The translations under genes were made by a program, and so were the position numbers. The notes beneath the pieces are model-generated. The model made no database searches, had not been told where the DNA came from, and saw nothing but the letters and a program-made list of their open reading frames with translations. Positions 51,579 to 61,818 of a stretch of DNA of 64,000 bases are shown here, piece after piece. Position 1 is the stretch's first letter; every line of letters starts with the position of its first letter. Origin of the DNA: an uncultured Eubacteriales bacterium (GTDB lineage Bacteria; Bacillota; Clostridia; Oscillospirales; Acutalibacteraceae); assembly GCA_964516565.1 (NCBI GenBank), contig CAZEXA010000002.1, positions 1,556 through 65,555 of the forward strand. The letters are read 5' to 3'.

Positions 51579-52269
51579 GGACGTTATCATCGCCTGCGAT
51601 TTCAGCGGCAAAGAAGAGGTTATGCGCTTTTTGGAGCTGTTCACCGACAGAAAACCGTTTGTAAAAATCGGAATGGAGTTGTTCTATGCCGAGGGACCCC
51701 AAATTGTCCGCGATCTCAAATCGCGCGGACACAAGGTATTCCTCGATTTAAAGCTCCACGATATTCCGAACACCGTCAAAAAGACAATGACCGTCCTTTC
51801 GGGACTTGGAGCAGATATGCTCAACCTACACGCCGCCGGAACGAGAGCGATGATGGAGGCTGCTCTTGAGGGGCTTACGCGTCCCGACGGCACGCGGCCG
51901 CTGCTCATCGCCGTCACCCAGCTGACCTCGACGAGCGAGGAGCGCATGAGGAAAGAACTGCTGATAGAGCGGCAGATTGACCAGGTGGTTTTACACTACG
52001 CGGACAACGCCGCACAGGCGGGACTTGACGGCGTGGTCTGCTCGCCCCTTGAAGCCGACGGAGTCAAAAGCTTCTGCGGAAATTCGTTTTTGACCGTGAC
52101 GCCGGGCATTCGCTTCGCCGACGGGAACACAGGCGATCAGGTGCGGATTATGACCCCCGCCGATGCCAAAAAAACCGGCTCGGACTACATTGTTGTCGGC
52201 AGGCCCGTCACGGCGGCTGATGACCCGGTTGCCGCCTACGATAGATGCGTGAAAGAATTCATTGACTGA
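51571..52269 (+). CDS. pyrF: Orotidine 5'-phosphate decarboxylase
   Basis: 232 aa with a GTG start. Motifs [24 protein letters not shown]. Confidence 0.9.
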   Translation: MGKDVIIACDFSGKEEVMRFLELFTDRKPFVKIGMELFYAEGPQIVRDLKSRGHKVFLDLKLHDIPNTVKKTMTVLSGLGADMLNLHAAGTRAMMEAALEGLTRPDGTRPLLIAVTQLTSTSEERMRKELLIERQIDQVVLHYADNAAQAGLDGVVCSPLEADGVKSFCGNSFLTVTPGIRFADGNTGDQVRIMTPADAKKTGSDYIVVGRPVTAADDPVAAYDRCVKEFID

Positions 52270-52284
52270 GAGGAAAGAGAAAAA

Positions 52285-52923
52285 ATGAAGGAGCTAATCG
52301 CCAAGGATTTACTGAAAATCGGCGCGGTATTTTTCCGTCCGTGGGAACCGTTCACTTGGGCAAGCGGCATCAAAAGCCCCGTCTACTGCGACAATCGGCT
52401 GACGCTGTCCGATCACGCGGTCAGAACGGATGTGGAAAACGGTCTGGCGCAACTAATCCGGGAGCAGTATCCCGACTGTGAGGTGCTGATGGGCACGAGC
52501 ACGGCCGGTATTGCCCACGCGGCAATCACGGCACATCTTCTCGGTCTGCCGATGGGCTATGTCCGTTCGAGCTCGAAGGACCACGGACGCGAAAACCGCA
52601 TTGAGGGACGCCTCGACAAAGGACAGAAAGCCGTCGTCATCGAGGATCTGATTTCAACAGGCGGCAGCGTCATCGAGGTCGTCGAGGCGCTGCGCGAGGC
52701 AGGTGCCGAAGTGCTGGGTATCGCCTCGATTTTCACTTACAATATGAAAAAAGGACTGGAGAAACTTGCCGCAGCAGGTGTAAAGAACATTAGCCTTACA
52801 ACCTTCGATATCGTCGCCGAAGTAGCCGCTAAGGAGGGATACATCTCCCCGGAAAATATCCGTCAGCTCCTGGCGTTCCGGGACAACCCGTCGGATGAGT
52901 CATGGATTAAAAAGGAGGGCTGA
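52285..52923 (+). CDS. pyrE: Orotate phosphoribosyltransferase
   Basis: 212 aa. PRPP-binding motif [12 protein letters not shown], with [12 protein letters not shown] near the N-terminus. Confidence 0.9.
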   Translation: MKELIAKDLLKIGAVFFRPWEPFTWASGIKSPVYCDNRLTLSDHAVRTDVENGLAQLIREQYPDCEVLMGTSTAGIAHAAITAHLLGLPMGYVRSSSKDHGRENRIEGRLDKGQKAVVIEDLISTGGSVIEVVEALREAGAEVLGIASIFTYNMKKGLEKLAAAGVKNISLTTFDIVAEVAAKEGYISPENIRQLLAFRDNPSDESWIKKEG

Positions 52924-52924
52924 A

Positions 52925-53839
52925 ATGTGCAGTTTAATTGACATTGCCGATCTGAGCGTTGCGGAAATCGCCGCATTGATTACGAAGGCGGAAGACATTA
53001 TCGACCGCCCCGCAGATTATACCAATAAATGTAAAGGCAAAAAGCTTGGCACGCTGTTTTTCGAGCCGTCAACCCGCACACGTCTGAGCTTTGAGGCCGC
53101 CATGTACGAATTGGGCGGAAACTGCCTCGGTTTTTCGGAGGCCAACAGCAGTTCCGCCTCAAAGGGTGAAAGCGTGGCTGACACGGCGCGCACTGTCGGC
53201 TGTTATGCCGACATCATCGCCATGCGCCACCCCAAGGAAGGCGCGCCCTTAGTCGCGGCAAACGCGGCGGGCATACCGGTCATCAACGCCGGCGACGGCG
53301 GGCATAACCATCCGACCCAGACGCTTGCGGATTTACTGACAATCCATCGGGAGAAGGGACATTTTGAAGGTCTGACCGTGGGTCTTTGCGGCGACTTAAA
53401 ATTCGGACGAACGGTACACTCACTGATTATCGCCCTCTCGCGCTATAAAAACGTGCGCTTTGTTCTGATCTCCCCCGAGGAACTGAAGCTTCCCGAATAC
53501 ATGAAGCAAAACGTCCTTGATAAGCTCGGCGTCCCCTACAAGGAAACCGTTTCGCTTGACGATGTCATCAATTCTCTGGATATTCTCTATATGACGCGCG
53601 TCCAGCGCGAGCGCTTCTTCAACGAGGCTGACTACATCCGCTTAAAGGACAGCTACATCCTGACTCCGCAGAAACTCCAACACGCTAAAAAGGACTTGTG
53701 CATCATGCACCCCCTGCCGCGTGTCAACGAAATCGCCGTCAGCGTGGATGCCGACCCGCGTGCCTGCTACTTCAAACAGGTCCTTTACGGCAAATACATC
53801 CGCATGGCTTTGATACTTAAACTGCTGGAGGTGGACTGA
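52925..53839 (+). CDS. pyrB: Aspartate carbamoyltransferase catalytic subunit
   Basis: Start trimmed to [10 protein letters not shown] (ATG 52925, SD AAGGAGGG). Motifs STRTR, HPTQ, HPLPR. Confidence 0.92.
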   Translation: MCSLIDIADLSVAEIAALITKAEDIIDRPADYTNKCKGKKLGTLFFEPSTRTRLSFEAAMYELGGNCLGFSEANSSSASKGESVADTARTVGCYADIIAMRHPKEGAPLVAANAAGIPVINAGDGGHNHPTQTLADLLTIHREKGHFEGLTVGLCGDLKFGRTVHSLIIALSRYKNVRFVLISPEELKLPEYMKQNVLDKLGVPYKETVSLDDVINSLDILYMTRVQRERFFNEADYIRLKDSYILTPQKLQHAKKDLCIMHPLPRVNEIAVSVDADPRACYFKQVLYGKYIRMALILKLLEVD

Positions 53840-53840
53840 C

Positions 53841-54260
53841 ATGGTTATCGACTCGATTCAGAACGGCATCGTCATCGATCACATCAACGCCGGAAAGGGC
53901 ATGGACATCTATCGTATTTTGAACCTTGAGGCGCTCGACTGCCAGGTGGCCATCATCAAGAACGCCGCAAGCAAGAAGCGCGGGCGCAAGGACGTTATCA
54001 AAATTGATTCCCTGATTGATTTGAATCTTGACGTTCTCGGTTATATCGATCCGGAGCTCACGGTAAACTATATTCAAAACGGCGTGATGATTGACAAAAA
54101 GCATCTCGAACTACCCGAGCGTGTGACAAACGTCATCGTTTGCAACAATCCGCGCTGCATCACCTCGACCGAGCGTGAGCTGCCCCATATTTTTAAGCTG
54201 ACTGACCGGGAGAAGCGCATCTACCGCTGCCTCTACTGCGAATCGAAAGCAAAGACCTAA
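53841..54260 (+). CDS. pyrI: Aspartate carbamoyltransferase regulatory subunit
   Basis: 139 aa. It starts IQNGIVIDHI and has the C-terminal Zn site CNNPRCIT...CLYCES. Confidence 0.88.
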   Translation: MVIDSIQNGIVIDHINAGKGMDIYRILNLEALDCQVAIIKNAASKKRGRKDVIKIDSLIDLNLDVLGYIDPELTVNYIQNGVMIDKKHLELPERVTNVIVCNNPRCITSTERELPHIFKLTDREKRIYRCLYCESKAKT

Positions 54261-54283
54261 GAGAGAAAAAATCTTATCAAAAT

Positions 54284-54329
54284 GCTCCGGCGGTTTTTAC
54301 AGGAAAATCGTCGGAGCCCTTGTTTTTTT
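54284..54329 (+). terminator. Probable pyr operon terminator
   Basis: gctccggcg (54284-54292) pairs with cgtcggagc (54309-54317), giving a 9-bp stem with one G-U pair and a 16-nt loop. A T7 run lies 5 nt downstream. Confidence 0.45.
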
Positions 54330-54376
54330 AAATGGAATTTGTTATCATTGTATAATGAAAACAGGAGGTGTACGCT

Positions 54377-55501
54377 ATGCTGTCAAAAAAGCCGCCCATG
54401 GGCTTTAATACTTGGAATACCTTTGGTGAAAACATTAACGAAAGCGTCATTAAGGAAACCGCCGACGCCATGATTGCCACCGGGTTGCTTACAACCGGTT
54501 ACGAATATCTTGTCATCGACGACTGCTGGAGTGAGCGCGAGCGCGACCTTAAGACCGGCAAAATCGTGCCCGATAAAATCAAGTTCCCGAACGGCATGAA
54601 GGCCGTCAGCGACTATGTTCACAGTAAGGGGCTGAAATTCGGTATGTATTCGTGCGCCGGCACGCGCACCTGCGCGGATTATCCGGCAAGCTTCGACCAC
54701 GAGTTTTTGGACGCAAAGACCTTTGCCGAGTACGGTGCGGACTTTTTGAAATACGATTACTGCTATAAGCCCTCAAATGCCGACGGTCCCACGCTCTACC
54801 GCCGGATGGGACTGGCTCTTAAAGCATCAGGACGTGAAATTCTCTATTCCGCCTGTAACTGGGGCAGCGACGAGGTCAATCGCTGGATTCGCTCGGCGGG
54901 AGCGCATATGTACCGCTCGACCGGCGACATCAATGACAACTTCCACTCATTCAAGGAAATTGCTTTAAGCCAGATTGACAACCTCGCCTATTCCGCTCCG
55001 GGCTGTTTTAACGACATTGATATGCTGACCGTCGGCATGTTCGGCAAAGGCAACGTCGGCTCCACCGGCTGCGATGAAATCGATTATAAGACACAGTTTG
55101 CCCTGTGGTGCATGTTCAGCGCGCCGCTGATGCTCGGTTGCGACGTGCGGAATATCCGACCGGATATGCTCGCGCTTGTCAAAAACAAAACACTCCTGCG
55201 AATTAATCAGGACGAGGAAGCGCGTCCGGCGTTCGTCGTCACGAAAAAGAACGAAAAGGCCCTTACCTTTGCCAAGCTCCTTACTAACAATGAGCTGGCG
55301 GTCATGTTTGTGAATTTCTATGATTGTGACACTAACGCGGCGTTATACTTCGATAACTTAGGGCTGACCGCCGCGTCCGGACTCGGTTTAAAAATGACCG
55401 ACGCCTTCACCGGCGAATGTATCGGCGTCAAAAAAGAGTTCATGCAGATACCGCTCGAGGGGCATGACTGCGCCGTGTATCTCTGCACGATTGCGGGATA
55501 A
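54377..55501 (+). CDS. GH27-family alpha-galactosidase
   Basis: Start trimmed to MLSKKPPMGFNTWN (ATG 54377, SD AGGAGG). Motifs LVIDDCW, KFGMYSCAGTRTCA, DFLKYDYC. Confidence 0.82.
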   Translation: MLSKKPPMGFNTWNTFGENINESVIKETADAMIATGLLTTGYEYLVIDDCWSERERDLKTGKIVPDKIKFPNGMKAVSDYVHSKGLKFGMYSCAGTRTCADYPASFDHEFLDAKTFAEYGADFLKYDYCYKPSNADGPTLYRRMGLALKASGREILYSACNWGSDEVNRWIRSAGAHMYRSTGDINDNFHSFKEIALSQIDNLAYSAPGCFNDIDMLTVGMFGKGNVGSTGCDEIDYKTQFALWCMFSAPLMLGCDVRNIRPDMLALVKNKTLLRINQDEEARPAFVVTKKNEKALTFAKLLTNNELAVMFVNFYDCDTNAALYFDNLGLTAASGLGLKMTDAFTGECIGVKKEFMQIPLEGHDCAVYLCTIAG

Positions 55502-55505
55502 ATCT

Positions 55506-55697
55506 ATGGGCGTATGCATGGAGTGCCAAGCGGAGTTAACCCCCGACGACATCGGATTCTATAAAAAAATGATCAACCGGGGTGCCGAGGAATTTTTATG
55601 CATTTCTTGTCTTAGCGCTCGTTACGGGATGACAACAGAGCGAGCCCGGGAACTTATTGAGCAATTCAGGAAAAGCGGTTGCACGCTGTTTGTATAG
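55506..55697 (+). CDS. Small hypothetical protein with two CxxC pairs
   Basis: 63 aa: MGVCMECQAELTPDD...FLCISCLSARYGMTTERARELIEQFRKSGCTLFV. It is compact and sits between GH27 and corA. The SD is weak. Confidence 0.45.
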   Translation: MGVCMECQAELTPDDIGFYKKMINRGAEEFLCISCLSARYGMTTERARELIEQFRKSGCTLFV

Positions 55698-55709
55698 GAA
55701 GGTTACTTT

Positions 55710-56540
55710 ATGCAAAAGGTTTTACTGTTAAATCAACTCGGCGAGGTCGCCGACTGTATGGACAAAGCGGTCATCGATTATATCAACGAGGGGCAAATTA
55801 AAACCTTTGAGAGCTTTGAAAAGTTTAATATCATTGCTTTTGATTGGCTTGACACCGGCAGCGCCGAAAATATCACATCGCAGATATTGATTTATATCGA
55901 TGGTAATGATATTTTCTTTTTCTGTGAAAACTACACTTCGCTGGAAAAGGTCAATGCCGCCTTCAAACCCGCCGAGACAAACGAACGGGTGCTTTACAAT
56001 TTTTTTATCCGGCTTCTTAAAGACGATACGGAAATGTTTGAAGCACTGGAAACGCGCATCAGCGACACCGAAGACGCCATCATCATGGGAAGGCGCGAAA
56101 ACTTTATCAAGCGCATTATTGATTATCGTAAGACGCTCTTAGAACTCAAGCTCTATTATCAGCAACTCAGTACAATTTTTGAGTATCTCATTGAAAACGA
56201 CAACAACCTTTTATCAAAGGAAAGTCTGCGGTTTTTCGTCATTCTCAGCAACCGCGTCAACCGCTTTTTAGCGGCGTTGGTCAACTTAAAGGACGCCATC
56301 GGCCACACACAGGAGGCATATCAGGCACAGATCGATATCGAGCAGAACAAGCTGATGAAGATTTTCACTGTCGTCACCTCAATCTTTATGCCGCTGACGC
56401 TGCTTGTCGGTTGGTATGGCATGAACTTCGACATGCCTGAATTTCACTGGCGGTACGGCTACCTGTCTGTCTGTATTTTAAGCGTGATCATCTGCATCGT
56501 TCTTACGATCTTTTTCCGCAAGAAAAGATGGCTTAAATAA
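55710..56540 (+). CDS. corA: CorA-family divalent metal ion transporter
   Basis: 276 aa. A cytoplasmic domain is followed by two C-terminal TM helices carrying the WYGMNF signature (VGWYGMNFDMPE). Confidence 0.8.
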   Translation: MQKVLLLNQLGEVADCMDKAVIDYINEGQIKTFESFEKFNIIAFDWLDTGSAENITSQILIYIDGNDIFFFCENYTSLEKVNAAFKPAETNERVLYNFFIRLLKDDTEMFEALETRISDTEDAIIMGRRENFIKRIIDYRKTLLELKLYYQQLSTIFEYLIENDNNLLSKESLRFFVILSNRVNRFLAALVNLKDAIGHTQEAYQAQIDIEQNKLMKIFTVVTSIFMPLTLLVGWYGMNFDMPEFHWRYGYLSVCILSVIICIVLTIFFRKKRWLK

Positions 56541-56574
56541 TAAATAACACCGAAAGGTGATTGGAGGAAGCAAT

Positions 56575-57609
56575 ATGGTAAAGAAAATCGGATACGCAGT
56601 CGTCGGACTCGGCGTCGGCAGGTCCCATGTCAAGGCGGCAGCCGCCTCTGAACACGCAGACCTTATCGCGGTCTGCGACCTCATCCCGGAAAAACTCGAA
56701 AAGTGCAAGGCGGATTATCCGTACATTCTCACGTATACGGATTTTGCCGAAATGCTGAAAAATCCGGATATTGATATTGTCAGCATCGCGGTGCCCAGCG
56801 GCGACCACGCCAAGCTCGCCATTGAGGCCATGGAGGCAGGCAAGAATGTACTGATTGAGAAACCCATTGATATCACCGTCGCCGCGGCGCTCTCCATTGA
56901 GGAGGCTCGTAAACGCACCGGTATGACCGCGGGCGTTGTCCACCAAAACCGCAACAACGCCAACATGAAGCCGATGATGGAGGCCCTTGCCAGAGGCGAT
57001 TTCGGCAACATTTTTTACGGAGATTTCGAGGTCAAATGGTATCGTACCCAGAAATATTACGACGACGGCGGCTGGAGAGGCACCTGGGAGATGGACGGCG
57101 GCGGTTCGCTGATGAATCAGGCGGTACATACTGTTGATCTGATGCAGTGGATAATGGGGGACGTCGAGAGCGTCACCTCGCAGATTGGCATTTACGCACA
57201 CAAAATCGACACCGAGGACTTTACCGCTTCTCTTATCAAATTCAAGTCCGGTGCCGTCGCGACCTTTGTCAGTACGACCAACGCCTATGAAGTCGGCGTA
57301 ACCGCCATCAAGGTCTACGGCACAAAAGGATCCATCGAGTGCAACGGCGACACCGTCCAGCTGTGGAGGCGCGAAGGCGCGCCCGAGGACGAAGAAGAAT
57401 ATATGCTGAAGAACTATTCCGGCAACAGCGCCGCAGCCGCGCTCGACCCGACACTGTGTACAGGTCATACCTCGATGGTTGAGGACATCATCGCCGCGGT
57501 CAGGGATAAACGCGACCCTCAGATTGTGCCGCTTGAAGCCGTTAAGAGCGTGCGTATCGTCAACGCCGTCTATGAATCAGCCAAGACCGGTAAAACCATT
57601 ACTTTTTAA
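56575..57609 (+). CDS. Gfo/Idh/MocA-family NAD(P)-dependent oxidoreductase
   Basis: Start trimmed to MVKKIGYAVVGLGVGRSH (ATG 56575, SD GGAGGAAG). It has a Rossmann N-terminus and the EKP motif (VLIEKPI). Confidence 0.8.
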   Translation: MVKKIGYAVVGLGVGRSHVKAAAASEHADLIAVCDLIPEKLEKCKADYPYILTYTDFAEMLKNPDIDIVSIAVPSGDHAKLAIEAMEAGKNVLIEKPIDITVAAALSIEEARKRTGMTAGVVHQNRNNANMKPMMEALARGDFGNIFYGDFEVKWYRTQKYYDDGGWRGTWEMDGGGSLMNQAVHTVDLMQWIMGDVESVTSQIGIYAHKIDTEDFTASLIKFKSGAVATFVSTTNAYEVGVTAIKVYGTKGSIECNGDTVQLWRREGAPEDEEEYMLKNYSGNSAAAALDPTLCTGHTSMVEDIIAAVRDKRDPQIVPLEAVKSVRIVNAVYESAKTGKTITF

Positions 57610-57612
57610 CCG

Positions 57613-58266
57613 ATGACCAAAAAACAAAAAGCCGCGTGGTTTATTGAAGAGCTGAAAAAAGGTTACCCGGACGCTCTCTGTTCTCTTGAGGCAAAAACGC
57701 CATTTGAGCTACTGGTGGCAACGCGCCTTTCAGCGCAGTGTACCGATAAGCGTGTAAACGAAGTCACTCCGGCGCTCTTTCTCAAATATAAATCGCCGGA
57801 CGACTTCGCACGCGCTGATCCTTTGGAGCTTGAGCGCCTCGTACACTCCTGCGGCTTTTATCACGCCAAGGCAAAAGACATCATTGCCATGGCTACCATG
57901 GTACGCGATGTCTACAACGGGAATCTTCCCGATACCATTGAGGAACTGATAAAGCTCCCGGGCGTCGGCAGAAAGACCGCCAATTTGATTGTCGGCGATG
58001 TTTTCAAAAAGCCGGCAGTCGTCTGCGACACCCATCTTATCCGCATCGCCAACCGCTTGGGGCTGACCGATACGACTAACCCCGAGAAAGTGGAGCTTCA
58101 GCTGAAAAAGCTCCTGCCTCCAGAGGAGAGTAACGACTTTTGCCACCGTATCGTCCTCTTTGGGAGAGATACCTGTACGGCGCGCAAGGCGCACTGCGAA
58201 CGCTGCCCGCTTTTTTTACATTGTTCCTACGGAAAGGACGCTTTTATTTTCGATGAAAATCATTGA
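57613..58266 (+). CDS. nth: Endonuclease III
   Basis: 217 aa. HhH-GPD motif LPGVGRKTANLIV, catalytic D in VCDTH, and the C-terminal [4Fe-4S] motif C-x6-C-x2-C-x5-C. Confidence 0.9.
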   Translation: MTKKQKAAWFIEELKKGYPDALCSLEAKTPFELLVATRLSAQCTDKRVNEVTPALFLKYKSPDDFARADPLELERLVHSCGFYHAKAKDIIAMATMVRDVYNGNLPDTIEELIKLPGVGRKTANLIVGDVFKKPAVVCDTHLIRIANRLGLTDTTNPEKVELQLKKLLPPEESNDFCHRIVLFGRDTCTARKAHCERCPLFLHCSYGKDAFIFDENH

Positions 58267-59056
58267 CGCGCATACTCATGTTTATCCGGACAAAATCGCA
58301 ATCCGCGCCTCCCAAGGCGTCGCCGATTTCTATGACCTCAAGGTACGCTGGGACGGCACAGTTGACACACTTCTACACCTGCAGGAACAGGCCGGCATCA
58401 CCGAAAGCGTCATCCACTCGGTGGCGACGTCCCCGGCGCAGGTCGAGTCCATCAATCGCTTTATCGCCGATACCGTTAAAAGTTACCCCGGCCGCTTCTA
58501 CGGCTTTGCTACACTCCACCCGCTTGCCGACGATATTCCAGACCAAATCGAATCGGCAATTAAAGCGGGGCTTTGCGGTGTAAAGCTCCACCCGGATTTT
58601 CAGGAGTTTTTAGCCGACGGCAAAGAGTGTATGGCTATCCTTGAAATTCTCGATAACCGTCTGCCGATACAAATCCACGCCGGAGATTTTCGCAAGCCCT
58701 ACTCAAAGCCCGCGCGGATTTTAAACCTATGCAAGGCGTTCCCGAAGCAGACGGTTATCGCGGCGCATTTCGGCGGTTGGTCGGAGTGGGGCGACTGCGC
58801 AAAGGAACTTTCCGAGTGCGGCGTCTATGCGGACACCTCGAGCAGTCAGGGGTTTCTCTCTCCGACGCGCGTCCGTGAGCTCATCGACATTTTCACACCC
58901 GAACGCATTGTATTCGGCTCCGATTATCCGATGTGGACGCCCGCCGAAGAAATGACAATGCTTGACCGTCTTTTAAGAGACCAAACCGAAGCCGATAAGA
59001 TTTACTATAAAAATTTCGAACGCCTTATGAAGAAATTTAGTTTAGTGAAAGTATGA
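58253..59056 (+). CDS. Metal-dependent amidohydrolase-family protein (amidohydrolase_2-like)
   Basis: Start trimmed to MKIIDAHTHVYPDKIA (ATG 58253). It also carries GVKLHPDFQ and FGSDYPMW. Confidence 0.7.
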   Translation: MKIIDAHTHVYPDKIAIRASQGVADFYDLKVRWDGTVDTLLHLQEQAGITESVIHSVATSPAQVESINRFIADTVKSYPGRFYGFATLHPLADDIPDQIESAIKAGLCGVKLHPDFQEFLADGKECMAILEILDNRLPIQIHAGDFRKPYSKPARILNLCKAFPKQTVIAAHFGGWSEWGDCAKELSECGVYADTSSSQGFLSPTRVRELIDIFTPERIVFGSDYPMWTPAEEMTMLDRLLRDQTEADKIYYKNFERLMKKFSLVKV

Positions 59057-59062
59057 ATTCGT

Positions 59063-60556
59063 ATGAAAAAACTCAACACATTTCTGAATTCAAAAATTAT
59101 CAAGAACGATGTCGGCGAGGAAACCGTACTGACGTGGAAGGAAACCCTGTCCTATGCCTTAGGGCGCGGCGCGCAGGGCATGAGCACCGCCACGATGAAT
59201 GCGGGTACCGTCAACTACTTTCTGACAAATCTCTTGAGCCTCAACAAAAGCGCCGTTGCCAACGTCCGGCTGTGGTGCGGACTTTGGGATGCTTTCAATG
59301 ACCCCATCATGGGCGTGCTTGTCGATAAGACACACACCAAAGACGGTAAAATGCGCCCCTATATTAAAATCGCTCCGTATATCTGCGCCTTCTTTACCGC
59401 CGCTCTGTTTTTTAACCAAAGCGCCTATCCCTACGGGCTGCGGATGCTCTTTGCCGTTATCGCGCTTGTGGGTTGGGATATGTCCTATACGGCGTTTGAC
59501 ATACCGATGGGCGCTCTGGCGTTCTCGATTACCTCGAACGGCGTGGAGCGCACCAAACTCTTCGGCATCAGTTCTATCGTGCGCGCCGTGTCCGGTGCAA
59601 TCCCCGGCGCGATTATTCCGATTGCTTTAATAATTCCCTATTTTAAAGAACACACAAAAGGCGCGTATGTGATGACGGCCGTCATCGCCTTTTTCGGCAT
59701 CATCCTCTTTTCAAGGCCGACATATCACAACACGCGGGAACGCGCGTTTCACAGCGAGGAAGAACCAACCGTCGGGCAGTGCTTCCGTCTATTGATGAAA
59801 AACAGGCCGCTGTTCATGCTGTTTCTGGCAAACATGGCGTTTCTGCTCGTCACTGTACAGAGCGCCGCGAGCATGTATTTTGCCATTGATCTTGTCGGAA
59901 ACGCCAAATTCTACACCATCCTGCAAATTGCCGTCATGCCCGCGCCCTTTATCGCCGGAATCTTTGTGCCGTGGCTTGTACATAAGCTCGGCGAAAAAGC
60001 CGACTTTAAAAAAATGTACATCGTCTGCTGCCTGATTGCCGCAGTGATGCACCTGCTTTTCTTCGTATTCTGTAAAACCCCGCTGATGGCGCTCGGCACG
60101 GGCGAATCCCCGTCCCTGCCGGTCCTTATGATGTGTATGCTCTTTATCTTTCTCGGAACCATCCCCTTAGAGATTAAAAATCTTTTCGGCAAAGAAATGG
60201 AGGCGGAAACCGTTGACTACGTCGAGTGGAAGACAGGCGAACGCTCCGAGGGAATCATGCTGTCGCTCATGTCCTTTACCGGCAAGCTGACAAACTCCGT
60301 TTCCTCGACTATTGCTTTGGCCGTTCTCGAATTTGCCGCCTACGCCACGCACGAGGACGCCATTCCTGTCCCTCAGACGCATAACGCCAAACTGGCGCTG
60401 CTGTCACTGGAAACCCTGGTGCCGATGGCCGGCTATCTTTTGATGCTCGTTCCGATTATCTTCTACAACATTACGGGAAAGGGTCACAAGGAAATGATGG
60501 CGGAAATAAAAGCAAGACGGGAGAACACAAAAAGACCAGAAATGCCTGCCGAATAA
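59063..60556 (+). CDS. Glycoside-pentoside-hexuronide (GPH):cation symporter-family MFS transporter
   Basis: 497 aa, ~12 TM helices. GPH-like N-terminal motif LWDAFNDPIMGVLVDKT...GKMRPYI. Confidence 0.75.
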   Translation: MKKLNTFLNSKIIKNDVGEETVLTWKETLSYALGRGAQGMSTATMNAGTVNYFLTNLLSLNKSAVANVRLWCGLWDAFNDPIMGVLVDKTHTKDGKMRPYIKIAPYICAFFTAALFFNQSAYPYGLRMLFAVIALVGWDMSYTAFDIPMGALAFSITSNGVERTKLFGISSIVRAVSGAIPGAIIPIALIIPYFKEHTKGAYVMTAVIAFFGIILFSRPTYHNTRERAFHSEEEPTVGQCFRLLMKNRPLFMLFLANMAFLLVTVQSAASMYFAIDLVGNAKFYTILQIAVMPAPFIAGIFVPWLVHKLGEKADFKKMYIVCCLIAAVMHLLFFVFCKTPLMALGTGESPSLPVLMMCMLFIFLGTIPLEIKNLFGKEMEAETVDYVEWKTGERSEGIMLSLMSFTGKLTNSVSSTIALAVLEFAAYATHEDAIPVPQTHNAKLALLSLETLVPMAGYLLMLVPIIFYNITGKGHKEMMAEIKARRENTKRPEMPAE

Positions 60557-60589
60557 GCCGCTCCGTCAACTATTATTCCTCGCCACCGA

Positions 60590-61699
60590 TTACAGCGCCA
60601 AATCCCGCAGTACGAGATAGGCGTCCTTTTCGTTGAACCCGCCCGGCGAGTTGATGAAATTTTTATTCTTTCCGTCCCAACGCTTACAGTACTCAGCGCA
60701 TTTTTCTTCCGGAATGGAAACCCGGACATTTGTCAGCACCGATACCATTTCTATAAACTCGTCCTCATCGGTACCCATGGCGTAGTACATATCCCACAGC
60801 CGGTCGCGGCAATAAACATTGGCGCGTCGTATGAGTGCCGGCAGAAACGCCGTACAAGCTCTGCCGTGCGGAATACCGTAATCCTCGGTCAGTACATAGC
60901 CGAGCGTATGCGGAAACGCCGCGCCCGTCAGGTTGAGCGAAAGCCCCGCGTAAATCGACGCTTCGTACAGCTCGTCGCGCTGGCTCTTCCCCGGAAGCTT
61001 ATCATAGCGGTAAATCTCAAACAAAGCGTTGAACAGCCTTTGCAGTGCGAGGGAGCCGTAAGCACGGGACAGTTCGGTGCTCCGCGGGGCAAGCCATCCC
61101 TCCGCCGCGTGGGCGAGCGCGTCAAGCCCTGTGGACACGGTCACACTCATCGGCATGGAGTCGGTAAAACGCGGATTGAGAAAGGCCGTATGGGCATAGC
61201 AGTCGGGGCCGGATATGCTCCGCTTCATTCTGACCGAATCATCGGTAAGCACCGATACCCCCGTAACCTCGCTCCCCGTTCCGGCGGTGGTCCCGATTAA
61301 AACGACGGGCAGTCTCTTTGCGGGAATCGTCCGGTGATAGATGTCAAGCGCTCCATAGTCCGGATTAGCGGCAAATATGGCGACCGCCTTAGCCGCGTCG
61401 AGCGGCGAACCTCCGCCGATGCCGACGATGAATTCAGCCCTCTGCTCGAACGCCTTATCGCCGCCCTTTTTGCAGGAGGATACACTCGGATTTTCGGTAA
61501 TTTCCGAAAAAACCGCGTACCGGATGCCCTCCTTCTCAAGAACCTCCGTAACCTGCTTAAGCGCGCCGCTCTGCTCCGCCGAGTGCCCGCCCGTCACAAT
61601 CAGGCAGCTCTTACCCAGCGCCTTAAAAACCGCGCCGCCCGTTTTCACACAGTTTTCACCGCTTATCAACCGAACAGGCATATACATATCGATACCCAT
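60590..61699 (-). CDS. Iron-containing (group III) alcohol dehydrogenase
   Basis: 369 aa. Motifs include GIGGGSPLDAAKAVA, TTAGTGSEVT and LDALAHAAE. Confidence 0.82.
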   Translation of the reverse strand: MGIDMYMPVRLISGENCVKTGGAVFKALGKSCLIVTGGHSAEQSGALKQVTEVLEKEGIRYAVFSEITENPSVSSCKKGGDKAFEQRAEFIVGIGGGSPLDAAKAVAIFAANPDYGALDIYHRTIPAKRLPVVLIGTTAGTGSEVTGVSVLTDDSVRMKRSISGPDCYAHTAFLNPRFTDSMPMSVTVSTGLDALAHAAEGWLAPRSTELSRAYGSLALQRLFNALFEIYRYDKLPGKSQRDELYEASIYAGLSLNLTGAAFPHTLGYVLTEDYGIPHGRACTAFLPALIRRANVYCRDRLWDMYYAMGTDEDEFIEMVSVLTNVRVSIPEEKCAEYCKRWDGKNKNFINSPGGFNEKDAYLVLRDLAL

Positions 61700-61818
61700 G
61701 TTCTCACCACCCGATAACTATTTTCTACTTGTATTGTATATCAAATGCCGGGAAAATACAACTCCCCTCTTTGAATTTGTAGTGTAAAGGAAATTCACTT
61801 TGCGAAAGGAAATGCCGT

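Noticed and set aside
56533-57468. A 311-aa minus-strand ORF.
   Set aside because: It is antisense to the Gfo/Idh/MocA oxidoreductase, which has a Rossmann N-terminus and an SD. The minus-strand ORF has no motifs.
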